A stretch of 64,000 nt of DNA, taken from the IMG/VR virus record IMGVR_UViG_3300047994_000087, positions 64,001 through 128,000 of that record; one strand, given 5' to 3'. A program made the translations under genes and the position numbers. The first letter of the stretch is position 1. Each line of letters opens with the position of its first letter. The DNA comes from a virus. Positions 38,483-48,321 of this stretch are shown one piece after another. The notes under the pieces were generated by a model, which did no database searches, had not been told where the DNA came from, and was given only the letters and a program-made list of their open reading frames with translations.

Positions 38483-39988
38483 TTAGGTTTCCAAAAGTGG
38501 GTAGTATTCCTCTCCACGTAATCCAAACATCGAAGCAATGGCATTGTAACCAGTACGTTCCTGTGGTTTACCGAACAGTTCCCCTGTTACCGGATCGATA
38601 GGCCTTAAATCGTTAGCTACTTCCATCCAATACTCCTTAAAATGCCCATCTGGTTCTGGTGTTGAATTGATTGCTCTCACCATAGTCATAGTGAGTTCAG
38701 TACCTTTAATTTCTTTATCCCACAACTCAAGCACGGGATTTTTAAAGCGCTCTTTCCCTGGAAGAACCCCCGGAAGCTTGTCTTCCCTATGTACTAGAAC
38801 TGCATTACCTTCTCGGATGTAACGCTCCGCTGTAAATCGTTCCAACATAGCTCTCTTAATCTCTTGATTGACCTCTGTGTCAATTTTATCCACTGTGATT
38901 TGTTCTGGGTTAGTGATAATCCAAGAGTTGTACTCGTCAAAGAGGACACCGTGCCAAGAATAAACACCATAAGTATCAGCGTATTCCAAGGCGGGAAGTG
39001 CTTCATGATGAAGTCTCCCACCATGGGTGTCTACCCTAACAGCAGTCGGAAAATCCGATACAATACAAATATTCTCGTAAGGCCAGAACATATGGACTTC
39101 TTGTCCAAGCTCGTCCCAAAGTTCTAAATCAGCTTTATCTTGAGCTTTGTATTCGACCCCAAGAACATCTCCAGCAAATTTATAATAAGCAATCCAGTTT
39201 ACCCACCAATTCATAAACCATCGACCGCCCAAAATCTTTTTGGCCAATTCTGGAAGGCTGCTCCTAAGGCTGCTCTCAAGGCTGCTCCCAAGGCTGCTCC
39301 CAAGGCTGCTCCTAAGGCTGCTCTCAAGACTGCTCCTAAGGCTGCTCTCAAGACTGCTCCTAAGGCTGCTCCCAAGGCTGCTCTCAAGGCTGCTCCTAAG
39401 GCTGCTCTCAAGGCTGCTCCTAAGGCTGCTCTCAAGGCTGCTCCTAAGGCTGCTCCAAAGGCTGCTCTCAAGGCTGCTCCAAAGGCTGCTCCCAAGGCTG
39501 CTCCAAAGGCTGCTCCAAAGGCTGCTCCCAAGGCTGCTCTCAAGACTGCTCTCAAGACTGCTCCTAAGGCTGCTCCAAAGGCTGCTCCTAAGGCTGCTCC
39601 CAAGGCTGCTCTCAAGGCTGCTCCAAAGGCTGCTCTCAAGGCTGCTCCAAAGGCTGCTCCCAAGGCTGCTCCCAAGGCTGCTCCAAAGGCTGCTCCCAAG
39701 GCTGCTCCCAAGGCTGCTCTCAAGACTGCTCCTAAGGCTCATTTCATTTTTAAGTAATTCAGTGGCCTTCGGCCACAATGCTCCAATCATACAGGCCTGA
39801 AAAGGTGATTGAGCATGAATAATCAAAGGCTTTTCTTTCCCTAATCTTGCGTACAACCTAGTGATCAATTCCTCAACACGTACTTGATCCATGGGCTCTG
39901 TTCGATACCCAATCTGTAAATATTTTTCAAACCAAACTGGCACCTGAGCTTCTTGCTCTGTCGTCATTTTCTCAATAAGGGTTTTCAT
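38483..39988 (-). CDS. DUF6745-type protein with SSLx repeat
   Basis: C domain WPYENICIVSD.P, GRLH, YSWHGV, VRAINSTPEPDG.FKEYW. Confidence 0.8.
   Translation of the reverse strand: MKTLIEKMTTEQEAQVPVWFEKYLQIGYRTEPMDQVRVEELITRLYARLGKEKPLIIHAQSPFQACMIGALWPKATELLKNEMSLRSSLESSLGSSLGSSLWSSLGSSLGSSLWSSLESSLWSSLESSLGSSLRSSLWSSLRSSLESSLESSLGSSLWSSLWSSLGSSLWSSLESSLWSSLRSSLESSLRSSLESSLRSSLESSLGSSLRSSLESSLRSSLESSLRSSLGSSLGSSLESSLRSSLPELAKKILGGRWFMNWWVNWIAYYKFAGDVLGVEYKAQDKADLELWDELGQEVHMFWPYENICIVSDFPTAVRVDTHGGRLHHEALPALEYADTYGVYSWHGVLFDEYNSWIITNPEQITVDKIDTEVNQEIKRAMLERFTAERYIREGNAVLVHREDKLPGVLPGKERFKNPVLELWDKEIKGTELTMTMVRAINSTPEPDGHFKEYWMEVANDLRPIDPVTGELFGKPQERTGYNAIASMFGLRGEEYYPLLET
39254..39739 (-). 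repeat. ~40 x 12-bp coding tandem repeat (AGCAGCCTT + AGG/GAG/GGG/TGG)
   Basis: Directly visible; encodes SSL[R/E/G/W]. Confidence 0.97.
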
Positions 39989-39989
39989 C

Positions 39990-40346
39990 TTAGTCTTGTA
40001 CCTGTCTGCTCATCTGACTCAGAACACTAAACTCACGAGGCATAATCACCTCATATGTGCCGACTGGAAGTGTCACTTTGTCATGCTCTTCATGCGTCAA
40101 AACAGCTTCCATTCCAAAACAAACTTCAAGGAATCTCCGTTGGTCTTCACTTACATACAATTCCGCTTCCTTTGGAGAAATAGCATGGGCATGTCCTGTA
40201 ACCTCTCCATACGCAAGAATCACACGACCTTTATCATTTTCTACTTTCTTTACTGATACTGGTTTTGAATCAACTTTTCTTAGGAGAACATCTCCTTGAC
40301 GGTACATAACCTGTTTGGTGCTATCAATTTCTCTTTCTACTGCCAT
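39990..40346 (-). CDS. His-rich beta protein, usual partner of DUF6745 genes
   Basis: YRQGDV, LAYGEVTGHAH, LTHEEH, GTYEV. Confidence 0.75.
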   Translation of the reverse strand: MAVEREIDSTKQVMYRQGDVLLRKVDSKPVSVKKVENDKGRVILAYGEVTGHAHAISPKEAELYVSEDQRRFLEVCFGMEAVLTHEEHDKVTLPVGTYEVIMPREFSVLSQMSRQVQD

Positions 40347-40363
40347 TTGTATAATTCTCCCAA

Positions 40364-42316
40364 TTAGATTTTAACTCTGAGTGTTCTGGTGAACTTACCT
40401 TCTACCTTAACTACCATACTGGCTCTCTGTGTCTCAGAGAATCCCAATCCAGACAACTGGTTAGGGTTATCTTCGATCTTCAGCTTGCCTCCAACAATCT
40501 CGAACACCTTACGGTGCTGGTCGAACTCCTGTTTCAGGAACTCATTAAAGAACGGACGCACAAACTCATCAGACAGGCACTTCTCCAGCATGAACATGTA
40601 GTGCTTGTTTCCTACCGGCTTGTCCCAGTGATTAGGCGATAGAAGTATCTTAGTCACTTTATGGAACTGGTTGGTCTTTACCCCCCATTTCTCACGAGAT
40701 ACTACGTTCGACTTACTCTCTCCTGCGAACTTAAGTCCGTCTGTTTTCGAATACTCAAACTTGGCGATTTCAAATGTGCCACCGTTGTGTGGATTTGTCT
40801 TAGAATCGAAGTCGAAGGTCTCACCATTGCACTCAATCTGCACAACAAATCCTTGATAGGTTGTCTCACGCTTGTTGTAGTTGTTTACTAGGACAGTATA
40901 AGTCCCTTCCTTCATGCGACTCTTATTTGTCCAGATTATGTTTTCTACTGGAGTCCTCGAACGTCCGTATCCAGCATTCATATCCACGTCTAAGGTACCG
41001 GAAGTAGGGCTGACTTTGCTCATGTAGCTAATCACGTTACCACCTGGTTCTTTGACGTGTATATCCAAGTCATCAAAGTTGTGCCATGACAGAGAAGTAC
41101 GCAGCTCTCCTACAACGTTACCACCAGCCTCTTTCACCCGCTCTTTGATGGAGTCCGTGACTGCGCCGGTATAACTCCAGGAGAAGCTATTGTCCCACTT
41201 GAACATGGAAGGAGCTTCTGGATTCTGCGCTGCCACCAATGATACGAAGTTGTTCTGATGAGAGTTCTCCAGCAGTATTGACACGCTTTTAGCGTGAGGC
41301 ACTACGTTGGCCAGGAAGTCTTCAATGCCAATCTCTTCGATCTTCGAAAACGATTTAGGGTTGACGATAGTGTCTTTGGCCACCTGGTCGAACACATCGG
41401 TTAACACTTGTGGGCGGTCCTGGAATAGCACGTCACACGCTCTGATGTCAGTCTCAATAGCGTATCTGCGCTCCAGAGATTCCAACAATCCAAGTGCCTT
41501 GATCTTCTCTTTAGCCTCTTCAGCCATGCGCGGAGTAACCAAAGATGTAGGTCTCTTGTAGTTGGTAGGCGCCACAACTCTTTCGAACTTAGTCACAGCG
41601 GTATCTAGATCAACTCCAGCACTAAGATCAATCAATAAGGTTCCTATTGCGGTGTTTCTGATACGAGACACCACAGTGCCAGCTTCCTGAGAAGTGGCCC
41701 AGCTGTATGCTTCTTGAGTCAGTAGATGCTCGAACGTAACCGGTTCAGGAGCTAGTCTCTTGTACTGACGTTGGAGCAGAACGAACTTATTGAGGATCGG
41801 TTCGAACTCTTTGCCCCTATAGAGTGAGTTCTGACTGATAAGCTCCAACACTGTCTCAGTAGCGTCCAAGGTCAGCTCATCTAAGCTTCTCTGGAGAACA
41901 TTCTTATCGTCACGTGCTTGTCCAAGCTTTGTGGGTAGATCTTTGTTGTCGACTACGAACTTGTTAGGCACCTTGAGATACAAGTGACTCCAGAATACAG
42001 AACGTTTCTCATCAAAGTTTTTGTCTGTTCCTGCCTTGTCAAACACTGAGTAGAACAAGTCTGTAACTGGTCTGCTATGAATGTACGCACTAAGTGCATC
42101 GCTTACAGCTTTAAACATCTCAGGAACGTCCAGGTCGTCCCAAAGGGAGATCACTTTGTTTTCCTTGATGGTCACAATCCCTGAGTACTGACGCAAGAAG
42201 CTCTTACAGCAGTTACATGTATGCTCCTGCCGGTATGCTTCAGGGAACGCATTGATGTAAACGTCCCACACTTCATCCCCGTCAACCGCGACATAGAATA
42301 GTCTGTCTTTAGACAT
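40364..42316 (-). CDS. conserved large phage protein with YfaP/DUF2135-like domain
   Basis: HTCNCCKSF, RIRNTAIGTLL, VAPTNYKRP, LSWHNFDDLDIH, LDVDMN, LSGLGFS. Confidence 0.75.
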   Translation of the reverse strand: MSKDRLFYVAVDGDEVWDVYINAFPEAYRQEHTCNCCKSFLRQYSGIVTIKENKVISLWDDLDVPEMFKAVSDALSAYIHSRPVTDLFYSVFDKAGTDKNFDEKRSVFWSHLYLKVPNKFVVDNKDLPTKLGQARDDKNVLQRSLDELTLDATETVLELISQNSLYRGKEFEPILNKFVLLQRQYKRLAPEPVTFEHLLTQEAYSWATSQEAGTVVSRIRNTAIGTLLIDLSAGVDLDTAVTKFERVVAPTNYKRPTSLVTPRMAEEAKEKIKALGLLESLERRYAIETDIRACDVLFQDRPQVLTDVFDQVAKDTIVNPKSFSKIEEIGIEDFLANVVPHAKSVSILLENSHQNNFVSLVAAQNPEAPSMFKWDNSFSWSYTGAVTDSIKERVKEAGGNVVGELRTSLSWHNFDDLDIHVKEPGGNVISYMSKVSPTSGTLDVDMNAGYGRSRTPVENIIWTNKSRMKEGTYTVLVNNYNKRETTYQGFVVQIECNGETFDFDSKTNPHNGGTFEIAKFEYSKTDGLKFAGESKSNVVSREKWGVKTNQFHKVTKILLSPNHWDKPVGNKHYMFMLEKCLSDEFVRPFFNEFLKQEFDQHRKVFEIVGGKLKIEDNPNQLSGLGFSETQRASMVVKVEGKFTRTLRVKI

Positions 42317-42405
42317 TGATGCAAATCTATCTGTAATGGCCTTCCTGATCTCTATGAAGGAAGGGGCTGCTATTTGTTGAGTAATTGATAATTTTTCCTT
42401 GTGTT

Positions 42406-42816
42406 CTAAACTAATTCAGTCAGTGGTCTGTGTGACAGACAACGCCCTTCATTCTCAGAAACAGCTACTGCACGGTCGTCGAAAAGTAAATACATATGCT
42501 GATCTTTGCAATTGGTCACCTCCAAGGGCACACCGATATGCTTAATACACCAATTCTTTATGGCCAAGCGCTGCTTCTGGCTTTCAAAATAAGGAGTCTT
42601 ATCGTAAGGGGCATAGACATCATCAATTAGACGGTCATCAACACGCGCAGTGAAGATCTTTACTGTCTGCCCTTCCTCAACCCACTTCTTAACTCGTTCA
42701 AGCATGGCAGGAATAGGCTCTCCCAACTCAGGAAACATGCCCTTCTCGTAGTAGGATAGTGTGCCATCGAAGTCTACTGCAATGTAACCAGTTGGTCCTT
42801 GATCAAAACAACCCAT
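42406..42816 (-). CDS. HAD-superfamily phosphatase
   Basis: IAVDFDGTL, IFTAR, K, FDDRA. Confidence 0.88.
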   Translation of the reverse strand: MGCFDQGPTGYIAVDFDGTLSYYEKGMFPELGEPIPAMLERVKKWVEEGQTVKIFTARVDDRLIDDVYAPYDKTPYFESQKQRLAIKNWCIKHIGVPLEVTNCKDQHMYLLFDDRAVAVSENEGRCLSHRPLTELV

Positions 42817-43732
42817 TAAGTGTGCACTCCAATGATTTTTTGCAAGGCTTCAATCACTTTCGGAACGTCAGCACGTGGAACCAATGTGTGGTGAATTGCA
42901 ATAAACGAGCCATTAGGCCTCTTCTCCAGGGCTTGGAAGGCTATGTTGCCGCTCTCCAATTCCTTGATGGCATAGCCTCCATACTGCTCTTGGGTCTTGC
43001 CACGGACTGCCTCTGTTCCGCGCTTAATAGCGAGGTCCAACGGACTTGGTGGCTTCTCTTTCTGATTACTCATTATTTTCTCCTCTGATCTTCCAATACT
43101 ATTCGGTGTCTCGTTATTTCTGAAATAAGCTCCAGCTCTAACATGTCAATTACTCTGTCCACAACAGGGTTGAGGCCCGTGAACGTTTCCCTTAAAAACA
43201 CCGGTCTATTGTGATTACATTCATAACCCAAACCGTCTGTTGATGAATCTAACAGACTAACCCCATTGTAATTACCAGCCATCAGATCGTTCAAAAGCCT
43301 CATTCTGTTGTTCAAGCAATAAACATCATGGTCGCTTGAGGGAAAGTGCTTCATCACCTGTTTAGCTTTAGCAATCTCCTTACGTGCTAATACACGCCTA
43401 TCATCGTTCATTTGCTTACTGTGTCCTGTTCAGCTTCATAAGCCCGCCATGCAGCGGCCTCAGCTCTCATTACTCTAATTAACTGAATACGTTCCTTGAG
43501 TTGCTGTTGGCCAGTGAGTGCAATCACTTCCTCCGCCTTGTCTCTCAGTGCCTGAGTTGGCTCTACACCTGCCAGCAGCATACTAATAGTGGCAATCTGG
43601 AAGTCGATGTAGATGGTCTCAAGGTCTTTCTGCATCTCATCAATACCCTGCACAACGTCCTGGACCGTCACTCTGTCGACCGCATAGTCGTTTTCGACAC
43701 TGACTAACTGCAACACCATCTTCTTCAGTTCG

Positions 43733-44005
43733 TTACTGTCCATCGTCTTTCTTCTCCTCACGCGCTTTGTAATACAAGAACATACTCGACGGCATGAACT
43801 CCCAGTTGAGCTTCCTCCCCTGCATGTGTTGTAGACAAGCAGCCGTACCATTAGCTGTGCTGCTCCCTAACTGACCCTGGTCGTACACAGGACCGAACTG
43901 GTCTCTTAAGTCCACTGACTCTGGCAACTCGTGTTCCTGCGCCAACTTAACTAGCGCATCGACAGGGAATGTCTTCCTCCATCCGTACTTTCTATACTTA
44001 CTCAT
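43733..44005 (-). pseudogene. truncated papain (C1A) protease fragment with catalytic Cys replaced by Ser
   Basis: LPESVDLR..GPVYDQGQLGSSTANG..PSSMFLYY. Confidence 0.75.
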
Positions 44006-45079
44006 TTCACTAGTTTCTCTATCCTTGCTATACGCCTATGCGCGGTATCTTTGAATGACTCCACATACGAAGCCATATCCTTAGCCACTTCCAGAACATT
44101 CTCAAGGATGTCCACGGGGTCTGGAGTTTTCTCGTTACTCAGACAATCAATAGCATCAGTGTGTATGGACTTAATTTCGTTCTCAATCAAGTCGATTGCA
44201 TCAGTCAAATGATCCAGCTCATTTCGCACGTCATGCACGTCTACCATGTCGTAATCTTCATCACGGATTAGGTCTACTATGTCAGCTACCCTCTGTGTGA
44301 AGTCATCTTTTCCTCCAGCAAGTCTAATGTCTTCAACAAACTCCGCCAGAACAATGGATGTCTTCATGTCATCGCACATTTCACGGGTTAGCTGCTTCCA
44401 CTGACTAAAAGGATCGGGTCCTCCACTCAGAATAGCTTCCCACTCGTCCTGGTTATATCTACGATGCTGCTCAACTAACTTCTCGTCCTTCAACCACACA
44501 TAGGGCGGTTTGACTTTCTCTACAACAGAAAGTGTTTCGACTACTGTCTGACTTATTTTCTTACGGCCCATTTCCCTAACCCCATCCAACCACTTTCTTT
44601 TGTCCACGAGATTCCACTGCCACATGTCTTACATGCATATTTCGAGTTGGCACTACGTGTTCTCCACTTCCCTAACTCGTGCCACGTGCAACTGAAATCC
44701 GCTGGGAATCTTTTACTGTCACGGACAAAGTCGGAATAATCCTGCCACTTTGGCCGCTGATAACGTCTCTTCCTACGTGCAGCGGAACTCATGCCACTTC
44801 TTCTCCGTATTCAAAGAACGAGTCTTTAGGCTCAACAGCTGGACCATTCAGTCCGCGCTGCTTCACCCATGCATCAATATGTCTCTGACTTCTCCAAGAC
44901 ATGGCAGGAAGTTCACAGTAGACGTACTGGCAAATCTCTAGTATATCGCTCAGGTTTTCACTGTCCGCCCTGCACACAGTCTCCATAAGGTCGTTTCTAA
45001 GCACGGCCTGTAGGAAGTCCCCTGGTAGAATGCCAAACTCCACGTAGCGCCGCAGAGAGGCCTTGGTTGCGTCTTTCAC

Positions 45080-45442
45080 TTAATCTTCTCCTTCAAGCAT
45101 TACAGTAATTACAGGCTCTTCAAGATCTCCAGGATGACATAGAGCATACACAGGAATAGTTGCTTGCCCATGTCCCAAGTGTAGAGCTTTGAACTCAACA
45201 CGGTCACAGTCTCCAGCAGACCTAATAGCCTTAGCTAGTTCAGACATAAGATTCAATAACCTATTCTCCTGTCTATCTTCTGCGTCATTACCCTGACACT
45301 CAATCAGGCGAAGCCAAATCCCCTCTGAGATAGCAACTGGGTACTTTATTCCTGCCTGCTTAGATAGATCAGTGACATCAATAAGAAGTCCATCTTCTAT
45401 TGCGTCAGCGCGTGAATAGCTGTAGATGACGTTGTAGTCCAT
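45080..45442 (-). CDS. DUF6573-like protein
   Basis: IYSYSRADAIEDGLLIDV...PGDLEEPVITVML. Confidence 0.65.
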   Translation of the reverse strand: MDYNVIYSYSRADAIEDGLLIDVTDLSKQAGIKYPVAISEGIWLRLIECQGNDAEDRQENRLLNLMSELAKAIRSAGDCDRVEFKALHLGHGQATIPVYALCHPGDLEEPVITVMLEGED

Positions 45443-45469
45443 ATCCGCTCCGTTGGTCCCAATAAATCT

Positions 45470-45499
45470 ATACTAGCGCTACCGCTATTATTCTGTCAA
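45470..45499 (-). promoter_or_regulatory. sigma70-type promoter, same family as 962
   Basis: Reverse complement TTGACA-gaataatagcggtagcgc-TAGTAT. Confidence 0.75.
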
Positions 45500-45929
45500 G
45501 TTTCAACCATTTAAGAGCTGGATTGTTTAATTGCAGTGAATCCTAGAACAGAAAGCTTCGTATTCATGAGTAGTTCTGTCTATGGCTTCTTTTATAGTGT
45601 CGTCTGGGTAGAAGTGAAGGTGGCAGCCATTGAAGCTCAGTAACACGTCTATGCCAAGCCGATCAGCAAGTGCTACAACTTCTAAGACTAGCTGGCCCAA
45701 TGAAGTGCCGCCCTTTCCCTCGACAGTAACATATAAGTTACTCACTCTTGTCGGCCTCCAGAATCTTTCGGTCTTCCTGAACGGTCACGGAGAAGAAGTA
45801 GTCACGAGCCGCCTTAAGGAAGGGGCAAATTTCTAAGTTGATTTTGTCTTGCATTGATAAGCTCCTCAAAGGGGTTACTTATCTATCTTGAATTCTGCTG
45901 AACACTGATCGGAAAAACTCTAGACTTTG

Positions 45930-46598
45930 TTATGTGTTAGACCGATTAATGTCAAATACTCGCACTGGATTAGTGGCTTTATAGCCTTCATCGCAAATCG
46001 CTGCGTTAATCACTTTGACCACTTTACCGTCTTCACGTTTGATCTCATACTCACCATTACTTAAATGGATGTGCCCACAAACAATATACTCAGGAACTTT
46101 GGTCCTGTTCTCTAGCATCCAGAGCATGTCCTTACAGCCTGCACGAAAACCATTAGGGCACAGATCACCATATCCATAGGGCGGTCCATGCGTCAGAAGG
46201 ATGTCAGTCTGTTCAGGCACGCATTCCCATATAGCACGCAGCTCTGCACCCCTCATCCTGTTCCATGCCCAATTACAGAAAGCGGGCTGTTCCGGCACTC
46301 CCCAAATATTCACCCCATCAATAGTGAACATCTGATTATGTAGATACACGGTTCCTGTTCTTTCTGCAATGTCATAAGCAAGCTGCTCATTGCCGCCAAA
46401 GGCAGGGTCCAATCCCTTTTCATGATTTCCACTGATCCAAACCTTCCAGGGTTGAGGCTGAGCGGTTAACCACTCCTCGTACCACTCAAGCTCTCGCCTT
46501 GATCCACTGAAAGAAAAATCACCAGCGACAAGTAGCAGGTCTCCTGGAGGCGTGTCAATCCATTTCATATGGATATCGGAAACGCAAAGTACCTTCAT
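45930..46598 (-). CDS. calcineurin-like metallophosphoesterase
   Basis: SDIH, AGD, GNHE, THGPP, GHIH. Confidence 0.92.
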   Translation of the reverse strand: MKVLCVSDIHMKWIDTPPGDLLLVAGDFSFSGSRRELEWYEEWLTAQPQPWKVWISGNHEKGLDPAFGGNEQLAYDIAERTGTVYLHNQMFTIDGVNIWGVPEQPAFCNWAWNRMRGAELRAIWECVPEQTDILLTHGPPYGYGDLCPNGFRAGCKDMLWMLENRTKVPEYIVCGHIHLSNGEYEIKREDGKVVKVINAAICDEGYKATNPVRVFDINRSNT

Positions 46599-48147
46599 TG
46601 AAAATCTATCCTCAAAACTAACTCATCGGTATCAGCGATCACTATGTCAATTCCATAATCGTAGTAGGCTCTCTTAGCCATCAGTTGGAGGTGGAATGTT
46701 CCACAGTACCAAAGGTGACTGAAATAACTGTTCAACTGGTTGATTCCTCTGAACAGGTTCCTCTCGTCTCCCACATTGCCGACCATCCAACCTACTTGCT
46801 CAAGGAGCGCAGGCTTAACCCTGTACAAGAACTTCAACGCCATCTCCTTATTCAATGACATTGGTGGCGGAGGGTTGATGTCTAGCACAAGATCGTCACT
46901 CCACATCAAGTGCATCTAGTCGACGTTCGTACTCGTCACAGAACATCTTTAACTTCAACAAGGAATCGCGCATCTTGTGTGCGTTCTCTTCAGTGAACTC
47001 ATCCCCACCATAACCCTTAAAATGACGTGGGAACCAACCAAAGGGGCTACAACAGGACATATCTCCCCTTCTTAGCATGTCTAGCTGACTTTCAAATTTA
47101 CTGTCGTCCAAGGCCCTTCTCTCCTATTAGCAAGAAGCTGCCAAAAAATGTGCCGAACACTAGCCCCACCGTCACAGAGGCAAGGGCGATAACTCCACCT
47201 ACAAACATTTCAATCATTTGTGCTTCTCCTTGATGTCTCTCATCCAGCGGGGATAGGTCTTAACCGTACTGGCCGCTATCTTCAGTTCTCTAAGATATGA
47301 TTCCGGCATGGGGTCTTTCCTCTTGTCTCTCTTCTCAAAGGCAACCATGTCCCTACGGTAAATTTCATCTGCGCAAGCGTCCATCAAGTCCAACACCTGC
47401 CTCTCAGACATCTTCGACAGATCAATCTTTGCCATCAGTAGGTCCCGTAGTTAACATTATGGCCACAATGAAAGCAACAAACACTAGAGCACCTACAGCC
47501 GCGCCCATCGTGGCGGCAAGTGTAACAATTTCTGGTGTAGTCATCAGGCTTTCTTCCTGCTAACTAGAGCAATGAAATACAAAAACGACATGGCACTATA
47601 TCCCATCAACACACAATCAATTACGTGATTATTCATTTGACTTATGACTCTCCAATATTACTGTTGCGCAGTCCCGTATAAGCTCCAACTCAAGTCCAGA
47701 GATGTTGGCCGTTGCAGTCAACCCATCGTGGACTTGGTGGACCACTATCAAGAATCTACCAGTACGCACGCCATGATCATCAAAAACAGGGATTACCTCA
47801 ACGGTGTCTCCACCTTGTTCAGAACTACCGAACATTATCTGGCCATTGTCCGCAGTGTGACTGATGAAGTCGTCGATTACTCCGAAGTTCTTATCATTCA
47901 TTCAACGGCTCCTTGTTCGATTCTTTTATCTGTTCGGAATATCTAGTCCAGATATCAACCGCCGCCTTTCGCAGCTGTTTCTGGTCAACAGGCGTCTCTG
48001 CTTGTTTCTCCAACTGAGCTATCCTATCCTGCAACTGTACAACCACTTCCATGAGGTCTGTGATCATTCGCTCAGTTGGCAGTGTACTGACGAACGAACT
48101 GGGGGACTTTGAGCAGTTGTAGCTCTCTAACACTTCCCTTGCGTCTT

Positions 48148-48321
48148 TCATTTAGCTGATACCTGTTCCTTCAAAGCTTCGATCTCACGAGTATGTTCAG
48201 CCAGTAGTTGGCACAGACGCATCACCACTTGAACCATTTGCCGATCATGGTAATTACCTTGATGGTATGTCATATGAAACAGCAGTTCCTCTGTGCCCAT
48301 GTTCTCGTATAAGTCATTCAT
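48148..48321 (-). CDS. small hypothetical protein, paralog of 48318-48701
   Basis: MNDLYENMGTEELLF...EIEALKEQVSAK; overlaps both neighbours. Confidence 0.6.
   Translation of the reverse strand: MNDLYENMGTEELLFHMTYHQGNYHDRQMVQVVMRLCQLLAEHTREIEALKEQVSAK

Noticed and set aside
39254-39739. CRISPR array
   Set aside because: Units are 12 bp, in frame, and have no unique spacers; no cas genes are seen.
39140-39800. + strand histone-H1-like KAAP/KAAL ORF and other alternative-frame ORFs over the 12-bp repeat
   Set aside because: They are shadows of a stop-free repeat; the - strand frame is continuous with recognisable N and C domains.
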